Of a stretch of DNA of 64,000 nt, positions 37,808 to 49,717 are shown one piece after another. Positions within the stretch are counted from its first letter, which is position 1; each line of letters begins with the position of its first letter. Origin of the DNA: Paraspadella gotoi (taxonomy: Eukaryota > Animalia > Chaetognatha); assembly GCA_051294375.1 (NCBI GenBank), contig CM119265.1:9806339-9870338 (forward strand). The letters run 5' to 3'. The position numbers were made by a program, and so were the translations under genes. The notes under the pieces were generated by a model. It had not been told where the DNA came from, did no database searches, and was given only the letters and a program-made list of their open reading frames with translations.

Positions 37808-40800
37808 ATGCTTCTTAACTTAATATTCGTAACCGGCGTCATCTTGGAGGTCATCGACCTTTTCACTGACATCAACGCCGCCTTCATTCATTCCGGCGCC
37901 AAATTCCGTCCGACTCGTTTCATCGGCGCCGCAATTCTCGGCGTCGTCTTACTCCACTGCCTCTTGTCCGCCGTCTATGGCGGCGCCGTCCTGCGTCGAC
38001 GCCGGGAATTTTATCGGCGTCTCACTAAAACTAAGACGAGAGAGGCGCTGGCGATGGTCTGCTTGATTCTCGGCCTGGGATCGGCTCCGCTCAGTTGGGA
38101 CCTGCTGATGGATACGGAGGCGTCGCTCCAGTCGGGCTGCGAGGGAGAATTAGCCAGGCGTTTGGAATTGAAGCGCCAAGCAGTTGCCATCTTGCAAACG
38201 TTGCACGTGCTGGTGGAATCGTTTCCGCAGGTTCTGCTGCAAACCGCGGTCTTTCTGCTAGACGGGACAAGCGGTTCTCGGGAGCAGTGTTTTTCTCCAT
38301 GCTTACAATATTACCAAGGGCAAGGAGTTATTTATCAATATTCCTTCGACAATTTGACGAAAAGCTGGATGATCTCAGCCAGAGGGGGCATTAATTCTCA
38401 TTGCAACAACAAAGGCACTTTGATCGCTTTTCAGTCTAACGGCACTCTCGCATCTCTGGAGGAGGAGTGCTCATGCTTTTCCACGCGGGTTTCAGGCGAC
38501 ACGGTGATGTATGTCTGCCGATGGAGGATCGAAAATTACTGGACCATTGTTTCCATGATATTTTCCACAATTAGTTTGGCTAAAAATTCCGCACAAGACA
38601 GACAAGAAAAACTACGCGAAACCTACAAAACGGGACTAGCATTGAGCAAATTTTGTTTGATTATGGGCGTCTTTCAGGGATGCATAGGAATATCTGTTGG
38701 TTTATATCTGATCAGCATAAGATCTTTGAGTCATTCTCTGTACATCGTATTTTTATCTCCTTTGGTAATATTTCGCGTTTACACGCCAGGAGATTTCAAG
38801 CATCTGATACAAAATATCAAACAGACATTAATTGATAATAAATCAAGTGATAAAAAATCGAAAAGAAAATCAAGCCCATTGCAACTCTTTGTGGCAAGCC
38901 TTTTTAGCGTAACTTGGCTGGCACTTAGTCTTTTATTTGAAAAGCAAATAAATATAAAAAAATACGTATTTTTGGGTGAAGGACTTCAAAAGGATTCAAA
39001 AATGGAAAATATCAATTGGGGATTGGCATCGTTAGAATATGACATGGCACCACGCATAATGTTTTATTTACATGTCTGGAATGCTTCCTCAAAATCGTTC
39101 AATGGAAAATGTTTTGATGTCAGTGGTTTGGACGATGCGGACAAGTTCTTCAAGATTAGTATACAGAATTATCAGAGTCCAAAAAGTAATAGCTGTTTCA
39201 ATCCCAAGCAGATTGATATTCATAATGCAAAAGGGATGGAAAGTCCTGAAGAACCGCCTTTAAAACCAGCCAATTTTCACTCTACTCTGAAGTTGGGCAA
39301 CTACAGGTCAAAATTAACTTTCTTATCATCAGATTTATTAATACGGTTGGGTTTTTGTTAAAAAAAATTGTTCTGTTTGAAAAACTTTAAAATATTTTCA
39401 ATTTAGCTTCGAAATTAAAATGTTTTACTTTATGGTGGACTAAAATCCACCAACCGTTCATCAGCGGTTCTGTCACTAAAATATAATAATAACTACTGTC
39501 TCTTCAACTTAGTTTTTTGTCAATTTTGGGTTATTTACGTCCAGAATCAATTAGCAATTAATTAACTAATGTTGTTTCACCGTAAACATTAAATTATTCA
39601 TTGATTGCAATACAGGTTTCTTCAACCTAATTACTCGATGGTTCTTTACCTCATTATGATCGACCTAATCTTCAACGTTGCTTACAATGTCACTCTAATT
39701 GGTTTGACAAAGAAGTTGAAAAAACACATTGTCCTCATTGCAATTTTTCTGATGCCTCTTTTTGTCGTCTGCACCACTTTATACTTCGTTTTGGAATACA
39801 GTGAAATATCTTTGATTTTGAAAAGACACCTAGATTTATACTATTTTGAAGACCAAGGTTCCTGCCTATTTATTTTCATGAAAATCAACGGGTTAGCGCG
39901 TTTGCCTCCGACCTATTGCGAGCGGTTGCAACGAGCCAAAAAAGCATATCTACCAGTTAAGTTTAAACTGTATTCTCTTTGTTTTGGAATTAGGACTTTG
40001 CCGTTTACGGCGCTCTCTCTGGCTATTGTTTGTTTTTTCGTCAAAATCGTCCGAGGTAACGAAAAAGATGGGAATAATTATGCTGAATCCATTGGCCAAA
40101 AACCAAATTGGATTCGGTTCGCATTAATATTTTCGATCGCTGCTCTTTTGCCTTACGTTACGTCAATGACCATATTTGGAGAAAAGGAGAAGGAAGATTT
40201 GCTACGAAGCATCCGCCAATTTTGTGACAGAAAAACGCAAAACTCGGACACTGCCTATACACGGTGGGAAGAAAATCACAAAACATTTTTCTCAATAATT
40301 CTTTTGGGAGAAAACGCTATTTTTTCTATATATCTATCAACGCTGCCCGGGGCAGCTCTGCTGTTTAATTTGGCCGTAAATAGGGCAAAAAGCAAAATCT
40401 ACAAACGATTTTTTAGTTTCGTTTTATCCATCGTTCTTTTTTTGATGTACGTAATTTCCCTCAAACTGATCCAGTGGCATGGCCCGAAAGGAAGGAAACG
40501 ACTGGATGGAACGATGGAACGAATAAACCCAGTGACAGGCGCCATATTGCCAGGCCCCTGGAAATTTGATGGGCAGTCAGGCTTTAACGAGTGGTTCGGA
40601 TCCCAGGCCCCTATTCTGAGCTCCTTCACGGCTATAAGCTCCGTTTTTTATTTCTGCTACCGAGAATCGAGAGGCTTGGGTTTTTCCAATCACATAAATT
40701 TAGAGGAGGTCAAGCAAAATTTACCGACGCTGGTCGACGAATTTTGGGCTGAGATTCGAAGCAATAATGAGGAAAGCTTTACGACGATGAACGTGATTAT

Positions 40801-40843
40801 CATCATAGTGCCTTTTATTTTTCTTTTGTGGAGAATTTCTTAG
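37808..40843 (+). CDS. XK-related (Xkr scramblase-like) multi-pass membrane protein with an extra C-terminal multi-TM region; exons 37808-39306 and 39616-40843, ~908 aa
   Basis: Two long ORFs join in frame through a phase-2 GT-AG intron (TACAG|GTCAAA ... TACAG|G). XK-like motifs: EVIDLFTDINAAF, LHVLVESFPQVLLQ (compare ESAPQLxLQ) and IVSMIFSTISLA. An in-frame TAA at 37802 lies just upstream of the ATG, and a splice acceptor at 37793 implies a 5' UTR exon. The true C-terminus may be spliced further. Confidence 0.75.
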
Positions 40844-42092
40844 CTGAAGTTGGTTTGATTTGCCATTTTTACAAAAAAAAGGAGTAATTCTACATATGTT
40901 CGGAATATTATAAAGAGAGAGAGAGAGAGAGGGAGGGAGAGAAAAAGTATGTATTTTTTCAAATCGCATAGTTCTAAATGTTTTAAGAGTTGTAAATGTA
41001 AATGAATTAAAAATGTTTCTCAAATCTGAAAATTATTTTCTTTAATGCAAAATACAAATAAATTCACGCACAAATGTTCACCTTTTTGCTTTTTCAAATA
41101 AACGAGGATAAGTTTATTAAATAAAGAAAACAATTTTACCATTTTTAAAAAAAATTTAAATGAAATTGGTACGACCAATATAAAATTTATCCATTCATTT
41201 AATAAATAAGCTATCTTGCCCCTGACTTTGGTCAGACTTTGGTGGTTTAAGGCCACCATCACTCTTAAAAGATAGTAACATAGCAGGTCCCTGCAAGCTT
41301 TCAATCAAGACTCTCTCACAGTCGAGTTTATTTACTCCCAGAGTAATGCAAGCTAAGTCCGCCTCGAGCATAAATTTCGAGAGAGTTCGAATCAAGGTTG
41401 CTACATTTGGTCTTCGTCGTCGGAGCCTTGCAAGATTTATCCCCGCCATTTTAACCTTCTTTTTTTTGAGGGGGGGGGGCGGTCTGGGGAGGGCGTTTCG
41501 ACTTTTCTTTTCTTTTCAGTTTTTTTTTTTTGTTCTTTTCTCCAAATTCTTTCTCTCTCAACTCTTTAATCTTTATTCTTCAAATCTTTTCCTTCGCCTC
41601 TTCGCCTCTGCGGATTCAGCAGAAGCTGCTCCCGCAGCGTCAGCCGCCGCCGAGGAGGTTGAAAGGTCAGGCCAGTTCCGAGATGCTTCGCTCCGCCGCT
41701 CGAATTATAAGCACCACCCTGCAAAATTCCCTAACTCCTCATTCGCCCCGCCAATCAAGTAGGCGCCGCCACCATCGGCAACATCGCGACCAAATTCTGT
41801 CTCACGAATCACATCTTTTCTTAAAATCAAACTATATCACCGACTTTATTCGTTACTCAAGTAAAAAAAATTGCTATTTATATTTGACCTTTAATAATTT
41901 AATAATTTAAATATAGTATGAATTCGGTTTTTACTGGACAAACTTGTTAAAAGAAATGTTTGGAATTTGATGAAGATGTAGAGGAGGCGAGTAGAGAGGA
42001 GAAGAGAAATATTGGGATGAAAAGAGGGAAAGAAGGAGACCTGAAGAAAGGGGGAGAGAGAGTGAGAGAGTGAGAGAGAGAGAGAGAGAGTG

Positions 42093-42166
<74 letters not shown>

Positions 42167-42948
42167 AGAGATTGCATCTTCATTCATTGTTATTNNNNNN
42201 NNNNNNNNNNNNNNNNNNNCCCAATATTTCTCTTCTCCTCTCTACTCGCCTCCTCTACATACTTCATCAAATTCCAAACATAACATTTTTAACAATAAAC
42301 AAATGTATAAAAACTGTACATAATAAAAAGCGTGGGTTTATTTTCGTCGCCACCGAAAATTAAAAACTGAAGAATCGAGAAAAATTCGGGAGAAAATTGC
42401 AAAACCGATTATTTCTCTGGCGGAGTCTCTCCCGAGAGAGGGGGAGTTGAGGGGTGCGGGGGAAAGGGGCGGGGGGTAACGCCAAGAGGCATAGTCTTAG
42501 TGTTTTAGAGCGTGTGGATTGGATTAAGAGGTGTATAGGGGAGAAAGGAGTCGAGTCGAAATAAAGTAAGTATAATACTAACTAATAGTAATAATAGAGA
42601 GAAGAGAGAGAGGAGGAAAGAGAGAGAGAGAAAGAGAGAGAGAGAGGAGAGAGAGAGGAGGGAAAAAAAAAGAGAGAGCAGACCCGAGTAAACCAAAATG
42701 GAGGTGATCACCTCGCCTTCTTCGGCCAAAGACCAAAAAAATTTGACCTTAAGTTTCTTTTTTTTGGATTTATGTCGATGTAAAGAGTGAAAGAGTGAGA
42801 GTGAGAGAGATGGAGTAGAGAGAGAGAGAGAGTGAGAAAGAGAGAGAGAAGAGAGAGTGAGAGAATGAGGAGAGAAGAGAAGGAGAGAGAGAGAGAAGGA
42901 GAGAGAGAGAAAGAGAGAGAAGAAGAGAGAGAGAAAGAGAGAAGGAGG

Positions 42949-42986
<38 letters not shown>

Positions 42987-43193
42987 AAGAGAGAGAGAAG
43001 AGAGAGAGAGAGGAAAAAAAGATGAGAGAGCAGACCCGAGTAAACCAAAATGGAGGTGATCACCTCGCCTTCTTCGGCCAAAGACCAAAAAAATTTGACC
43101 TTAAGTTTCTTTTTTTTGGATCTTATGTCGATGTAAAGAGTGAAAGAGTGAGAGTAGTGAGAGAGAGGGATAGAGAGAGAGAGAAAGAGAGAA

Positions 43194-43225
<32 letters not shown>

Positions 43226-43421
43226 TGAGAGTGAGATAAGGGTCCTAACAGAGACAAGGACCAAAAACGGAATTTGACACGGAACTGCGAATCTCCTTCA
43301 ACCCTGACGTCGAATTTCTCGGAAATTTCCGAGATGTTATTGGAATTGGATTGAAAAAAAAGGGAAAGAAGGAAATTGAAAGGGAAAAAAGGAAAAAGAG
43401 ATAAAATAGAAAATAGATAAA

Positions 43422-43505
<84 letters not shown>

Positions 43506-43656
43506 AACAAAGATAAAAAGAAACAAAGAAAGAAATATTTATAGATTTTAAGATTTATATACTCGCTTTAGCAATAAAATATCTCCCTAATTTCCTAACT
43601 CCTACTCTAATTCACAAAAGCCTATGTCCTCCAGACTCCTTTTATTTATACCAACA

Positions 43657-45707
43657 TCACAAAATGCTGCAGTTCCACCAAAGCCAACCCCGCTGCTCGC
43701 AGCATTCGCAGCATTCCTGCTGATGCAGACGACATTTTTTTCGACGCCGTCTGTGTCGATGACGACCGCCGCCGCCGCCGCCGGCGCCGTAACCACCGCC
43801 GTAGCCCCCGTAGCCTCCGTATCCGCCGCCACCGTATCCGCCACCGCCGCCGCCGCCGCCGCCGTGACGATAGGAGTGATAACCGTTGCCGTAATTCGTT
43901 CTTTTGCGTCGATCCTTTTCGTGTTCGTCGGGAAGGAGGTGACCTGGAAATGAGAAACGGGGATGTTGCGACCGATGCTGGAGCTGTTGCAAGTTTGACC
44001 TTTGCTGTTGTTGTGAGAGTTGGTGTAGAGATTGCGATTGTCGTTGCTGTTGCTCTTGGTGATAAATCAGCTCTATTTTCCGAAATGGCCACATTTAGGT
44101 TCCTAAACCTTGAGCTTAATTTTAACCTTAGGATCTAACCCTAAACTTTTACCAAACTATAATCCTTAACATTAACCAAATCTATAATTCCTAATTCCAA
44201 TCCATATTTACTATTGCTTATCTCCTAACCAAAATCCCCCATTCGATGATGGAGTGTTGCCGCTGTTAATGCCTTTTCAACCTTTGGAGCTGTTGTTTCT
44301 GTTTGCTGTTGTTTCTGTTTGCTGTTGTTTCTGCTTGCAGTTGTTGGCTCTTTGCTAATTCTCACCGTTGTGCATGAACCTCTTCGCCATCCCGAGGATG
44401 AAATCGTCAAAGTCGACGCCGTTTTCTGGATCTTTGTCACACTCGGACAGAATATCTCTGCGAGAATTAATCGATTCTCTTAATTTAAATATTTTTTAAC
44501 AAAAAAAAAACTTAATTAAAATCAAATATTAATTAGAGTCATCGGGACGGAACAAAACGAAAAAAAAAATTAATGAAAAGAAATTATTGACAACCTCAAT
44601 CGAAGAAACAGCGAAACTATTATAAAAAGATTGAATTATGGCAACGGACGGGTTGCCTGTGATGCTCATTGGGATGGGGCATCTCACTGTTGGCTTTGGG
44701 GGCCACCGACCCTCAGTGACGCCTCCAGTCACTGGCGCGGTTACCCTAGGACGGTCTCGATTCGCCAATGGGATTGGCTGAATGATTGTGGACGTGAGGC
44801 GGTGTGAATATACCGCCACAGAATATCCTTTAATCTTGTCCTCACTTTATTTGTATCTGTATCTTGACTATTTCCACCAACCCGATCATTCTCTTCTCCC
44901 AGCAGCCTCGTTACAACCAACCCATCATTCTTCTTCTCCCAGCAGCCTCGTTACAACCAACCCCATCATTTCTCTCTCCCAGCAGCCTCGTTACAACCAA
45001 CCCCATCATTCTCTTCTCCCAGCAGCCTCTTACAACCAAACCCCATCATTCTCTTCTCCAGCAGCCTCGTTATAACCAACCCTATCATTCTCTTCTCCCA
45101 GCAGCCTCGTTACAACCAACCCCATCATGCTCTTCTCCCAGCAGCCTCGTTACAACAACCCCATACATTCTCTTCTCCCAGCAGCCTCGTTACAACCAAT
45201 CTCCATCAATCGATCCAACCACCTGATCTCCGCCTGACTGATGTCGAACCCCAGCTTCCGCAATCCAAGTTCGATTTCCCAAATCTCGATGACTCCGTCG
45301 CCGTTGACGTCGAACGCCTGATTTATGACATGACATGACATGACATGAGATTTAAAGACATGACATGACAGGAAATGAAGAAGCGTAACCATAGAAACGC
45401 GTTGAAAACATTAAAACGAATAGGATAGAGGAACTAATATTGTTTTATTCTTTTTAATTAGAAGTTATACGTTTCCTAACCTCAAATTCACTTTTAGTTA
45501 ACAAAAGGGCGAATATTACTCACCCGAAAATGAAACTTAACACGGATATCAATTTTCCTAACTCCCTCTCATGAATATTTTTAATCTGAATCATTCCCAC
45601 TCCTCGCTCCAAACCTCGAAGGCTCTCCTGAATCTCTCCTTCTCGTCCGGATGAATCTGCATCAGCAACTCTCGATCCGCTTTCGGCCTCGCTTCGCCCG
45701 GCGCCAT
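43657..45707 (-). CDS. Two-EF-hand calmodulin-like protein with Gly/Tyr-rich, polybasic and CaaX (CSIL) tail; exons 45707-45615, 45317-45223, 44457-44366, 43943-43657; 188 aa
   Basis: ATG in aagATGG context. All introns are GT-AG with matching phases (0, 2, 1). Protein: MAPGEARPKADRELLMQIHPDEKERFRRAFE/AFDVNGDGVIEIWEIELGLRKLGFDISQAEI/RDILSECDKDPENGVDFDDFILGMAKRFMHN/GHLLPDEHEKDRRKRTNYGNGYHSYRH-(Gly/Tyr-rich)-RHRHRRRRKKCRLHQQECCECCEQRGWLWWNCSIL*. Canonical EF loop DVNGDGVIEIWE. AATAAA on the minus strand at 43646-43641. Confidence 0.85.
44876..45199. repeat. ~40-bp minisatellite, ~8 copies, in intron 2 of the EF-hand gene
   Basis: Unit ACAACCAACCCCATCATTCTCTTCTCCCAGCAGCCTCGTT repeated with ~40 bp period. 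Confidence 0.9.
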
Positions 45708-47461
45708 CTTGCTGCTGCTGCTGCTGCTGCTGTCGTTTTATTTAATGCTACGGCAGCTGCCGTCGTTTTCGTTTGTTTCCCCGATAAAGCTTATTTCTAA
45801 GAGCAAAAGCCCTAGTCGATATGGTTCCTAATTTTTTTTTTCTCGACTCGTGTTTCCCCCTTTCCTCGAATTAAATCTTTTTTTCACCTTGAGCTCCGTT
45901 TTTAGTTGACTGTTTAAAGATAATTCTGTTTTCATTTCAAACAACTTTCTCGGCATGTACGCGCGCCGAAGGCATCGTCCAATATAATTAATAAATAAAC
46001 TTTTTTTTTTCTCGAGAGAGATAAATGATTATCGTTTTTAAAAGAAAGAAGCCGAAGACGTGAAAACTAATAAAATCCTTTAAAAAAAGAAGTTCGACAA
46101 AAGAAGAAAAAAAAAAAGACAAAAGGAAGGAAGATATAAAATTCGTCTTTCGCGGTTTTTTTTTTATTAAAAATCGGAGAAACGATTAAAGAAATAGAAG
46201 GAAAGTGCAATAAAGAAAAGTAAAAGGAAAGAAAGAAAAAGAAAGAAATAGGCAAAAGAAAAGAAAGAAAAGGGGAATAGACAAAAGAAAAAAATTCAAT
46301 TCAATTGTTGTTATGCCGATCCGGAGTCTAAAGACGTTTTAATAGTTTACTTACATCGTCAAATCCCTAACTTACCAAAGAAGATTATTTTTTAAAGAAA
46401 AGAAAGTGAATTAGAAAGCGGATGGAAAGAAGGGGAGAGGGATAGAAAGAAGAGAAAATGGAGGAGGAGGAGGAGGAGGAAATAAGAGTTGTTTAGAAAG
46501 GTGAACAAAAGTTTTTACCCGCTTGAACGATTAGTTAAAACTTTAAAAAAAGAGAGAGAGAGAGAGAGAAAGAGAGAAAGAGAGAAAGAGTTATACCGGT
46601 CAATATTATGAATTATTCGACCAATCCCCTTAAAATTAGTCGATTGCTGGTGTTTTAACCTACTATCAATCAACTCAATAAGGTTTATCTGTTTCATATT
46701 TTAAATTCGATAATAATTACCAAAAAAGAGGTGTTCCCTTTTAAGGAAGTTTCAATGATAGGTAGTGTAGCATTTTATTCAGTGGCGTAGATAAAAATTG
46801 TCTGAAAGTCAGCATCATAATAGTGAATCGGGCGATGAAGCAAAAGTCTTGGGTTCTAGACTAGTTCTAGCCCAATCGGTAAAGAAACGGGCCGGTTAAA
46901 TCACCAGTAATGAGACTACCGTCCGATCCCTAGCTCCGGAAAGCGAGGTTACAAAGACTCATAGAGGGACTTGACATCCCTCTTCTCCAGGTCACTTCAG
47001 TAATGAAAATAAATTGATCTTTATCAACGAAAGAGTTCAGCTGTAATCAAATTTAAATGCGTCCACAAAGCTCGGTTATTTACTTGGTTTCGCAAAGTAC
47101 ATTGTTTTCGACTTAAAACTTATCATTGTTAGACTTGATTTTTAGACGAATTAAAAATCCACCGCATCATCTCCAAGTTTCATCACTTATTTTTATTTTT
47201 TATTCTTTATTTTTTATTTTTAAAAACGTCGTATTTAAACTTCGTTCGTTCACATTTGACTCTTGGTTCATTTTTTGTTCTCAGAAGTTAAGATTTAACA
47301 GTTTAATTTTTCAAAACGGAGGTAAGTTCGAATTTTGTTTTTTTGTTTTTTTTAACTCACTCACTCTCTCTCTCTCTCTCTCTGTTTCCCTTTTCTTCCC
47401 TTCAAAAGCCCTTTTTCCTCACCAATCCTTACCTTTCCTCGATCCAGTCGTCAAATCAACG

Positions 47462-49423
47462 ATGACGCTCCTCGCCCTCCTGCCTCCTCTTCTCCTCGTC
47501 CTCTGGGCCTCGACGCCCTCGACGGCACAGACGCTCAACTGCGCCACCATCGCCTGTTATCCGGTCAGGTGTCCGGAAAACGTGAGGCCCGTGATCAGTC
47601 CCGGGCGTTGCTGCCCCAGCTGCCCGCCAGGCACGGAATGCGGGTTGAAATAAAAGGGGGGGGGATTAAACTTAAATAACACAAGAACAAACTAGTATGA
47701 CATTTGAGATAAACATATTTTCTCAAAGCTAAGAATGATATTTAAAGAAGTAAATATATTTAAAACAAACAAAGATCTTTAACAATTGCAAATTCTATCA
47801 GCAGCTCGGACGCCTGCCTCTAGATCTTGCGCCAACACGGCCTGCTATCCGGTCCAATGCCCAGACGGCGTGAGAGCGATCGTCAAGCCTGGCGCCTGTT
47901 GCCCCAGCTGCCCAGGTAGATAATTATTTTTTTTAACGATATAAAATATAAATATATAATAAATTTAAATTTTTTCCACCTATTTATAAGATTAAATTGG
48001 CTGAAAGAAAAAAACTATGAGGTTCGCTTTCAACCGTAATAAAAATTATCAAATAATAAAGCTAAATTAATAATTAGTCATTAATAATAATATTCGCGAT
48101 TATTTCGTACATCGATTAAAACAAAATTTTCCAACCCATCTGTACCAGAAATAGATCCATGCGCCACCATCATGTGCTACCCTGTTCGATGTCCCGGCGG
48201 CGTCCGTTCAGTCAGAAAGCCGGGCTCTTGCTGTCCCAGCTGTCCAGGTCGAGCCTTGACTTTTTTAGTTGGTCCATTTAAATGAAATTCACTTTTTTCA
48301 TGATCTGGTGGTAATTTCACTGAGAAAATACGCAGCTTTAACTTTCAAAATAGAAACAATATTGATATAAAAACCCCAGTGCAATCTATTTGTGTAATAC
48401 GGAAGTATGCCAATTGTTTTAACTATTTTCAGATCCGCCCGTGGCCGTCCCAGAAAGTAATCCTTGCGCCGGTGTCATGTGCTCCCCTGTCCGTTGTCCA
48501 GGCGGGGCTAGATCTGTCAGAAAGCCGGGCTCTTGCTGCCCCAGCTGTCCAGGTTAAGCCTTGACTTTATTTTTTAAGGTCTATTTAAATAATTTAAATA
48601 ATTTAAATTCTAAAATTTTCAGAGCCGCGCTGTGACAATATCGCTTGTTACCCTGTCCGATGTCCCGGAGGCGTCAGAGCCACCACCAAGCCCGGCTCTT
48701 GTTGCCCAAGTTGCCCCGAGCCGCCCCGCACTCAAACGGATCCATGCGAGGCCGTGAGGGCCAACTGCCAGTGGCCCCAGTGTCAGGGACGGTCGCCCGT
48801 GATGAAAGAAGGCGATTGCTGTCTCACTTGTCCGGGTGAGATGAACTATTGTCTGAGTGTCAAATTGTCCAAATAAAGTCAAATAAGTCAAAGATGTGAG
48901 ATTGAAAGGGGCAATATGTCAAGTTTGGAACATTCGCAGATGACTAAAACTATTCAAAAATGTTAAGAATCGTCTGTTTAAGTAAAATAGCCATTCAAAG
49001 TGGACCATGAGTCCATGAGCTCAAGTTAGTTTTCAAAGTAAACTCAATTGGCACAAGCCTAGCTTTCGATTGTGTCAACTTCCAACTCAACCGCGTTGTC
49101 AATCTTCAAGCACCCTTCTCTCAAAGTAAACTCAATTGGCACTAGCCTAGCTTTCGATCGTGTCAACTTCCTACTCAACCGCGTTGTCAATCTTCAAGCA
49201 CCCTTCTCTCAAAGTAAACTCAATTGGCACTAGCCTAGCTTTCGATCGTGTCAACTTCCTACTCAACCGCGTTGTCAATCTTCAAGCACCCTTCTCTCAA
49301 CATCCTTCTTTTCTTTTTCCAGTCTGCATCCCGCCTCGCGTCGAGGATTGCCCTCCGGTCCAGTGCATCGGCGGACAACCGCCCTTCATTAATATCGGCG
49401 ATTGCTGTCCCAGTTGCCCTTGA
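47462..49423 (+). CDS. Secreted cysteine-rich protein with seven 6-Cys modules resembling the C-terminal part of VWC/chordin-type repeats; exons 47462-47630, 47802-47915, 48149-48247, 48433-48552, 48623-48835, 49323-49423; 271 aa
   Basis: Signal peptide MTLLALLPPLLLVLWASTPSTA. Module consensus CxxxxCYPVxCPxGVRxxxKPGxCCPSCP; modules 6 and 7 are more diverged. All five introns are phase 1 and internal exon lengths are multiples of 3 (114, 99, 120, 213). TGA ends at 49423; AATAAA at 49584. Confidence 0.88.
49033..49300. repeat. 88-bp tandem repeat, 3 copies, in intron 5 of the Cys-rich gene
   Basis: TCAAAGTAAACTCAATTGGCAC...CAAGCACCCTTCTC three times; ORFs 49160 and 49248 start identically 88 bp apart. 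Confidence 0.92.
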
Positions 49424-49626
49424 GAGGAAGATCAGGAAACATGTCCTCGATGGCCTCGTCACGTGACGAAAGAAAAACCAAGAGTCGTGACACTTTTTTC
49501 ACCAATTTCGTTTCGTTGTAATTTTTGTCTAAACTTATTGTACTGTATAATTTGGGTTACAACTTTTTATTTGCTTTCTCAAGAATAAAAGCGCACTTTT
49601 GGAAGTTCCGCGGAGTTTTTAAAAAG

Positions 49627-49717
<91 letters not shown>

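Noticed and set aside
41195-41449. 84-aa minus-strand ORF with good ATG context (MAGINLARLRRRRP...)
   Set aside because: No recognisable motif; AAAATGGCG is also a common YY1-type promoter element; not supportable without expression data.
44095-44230. Telomere-like TAACCY repeats (also 52399-52505)
   Set aside because: Highly degenerate, short and internal; not a telomeric array.
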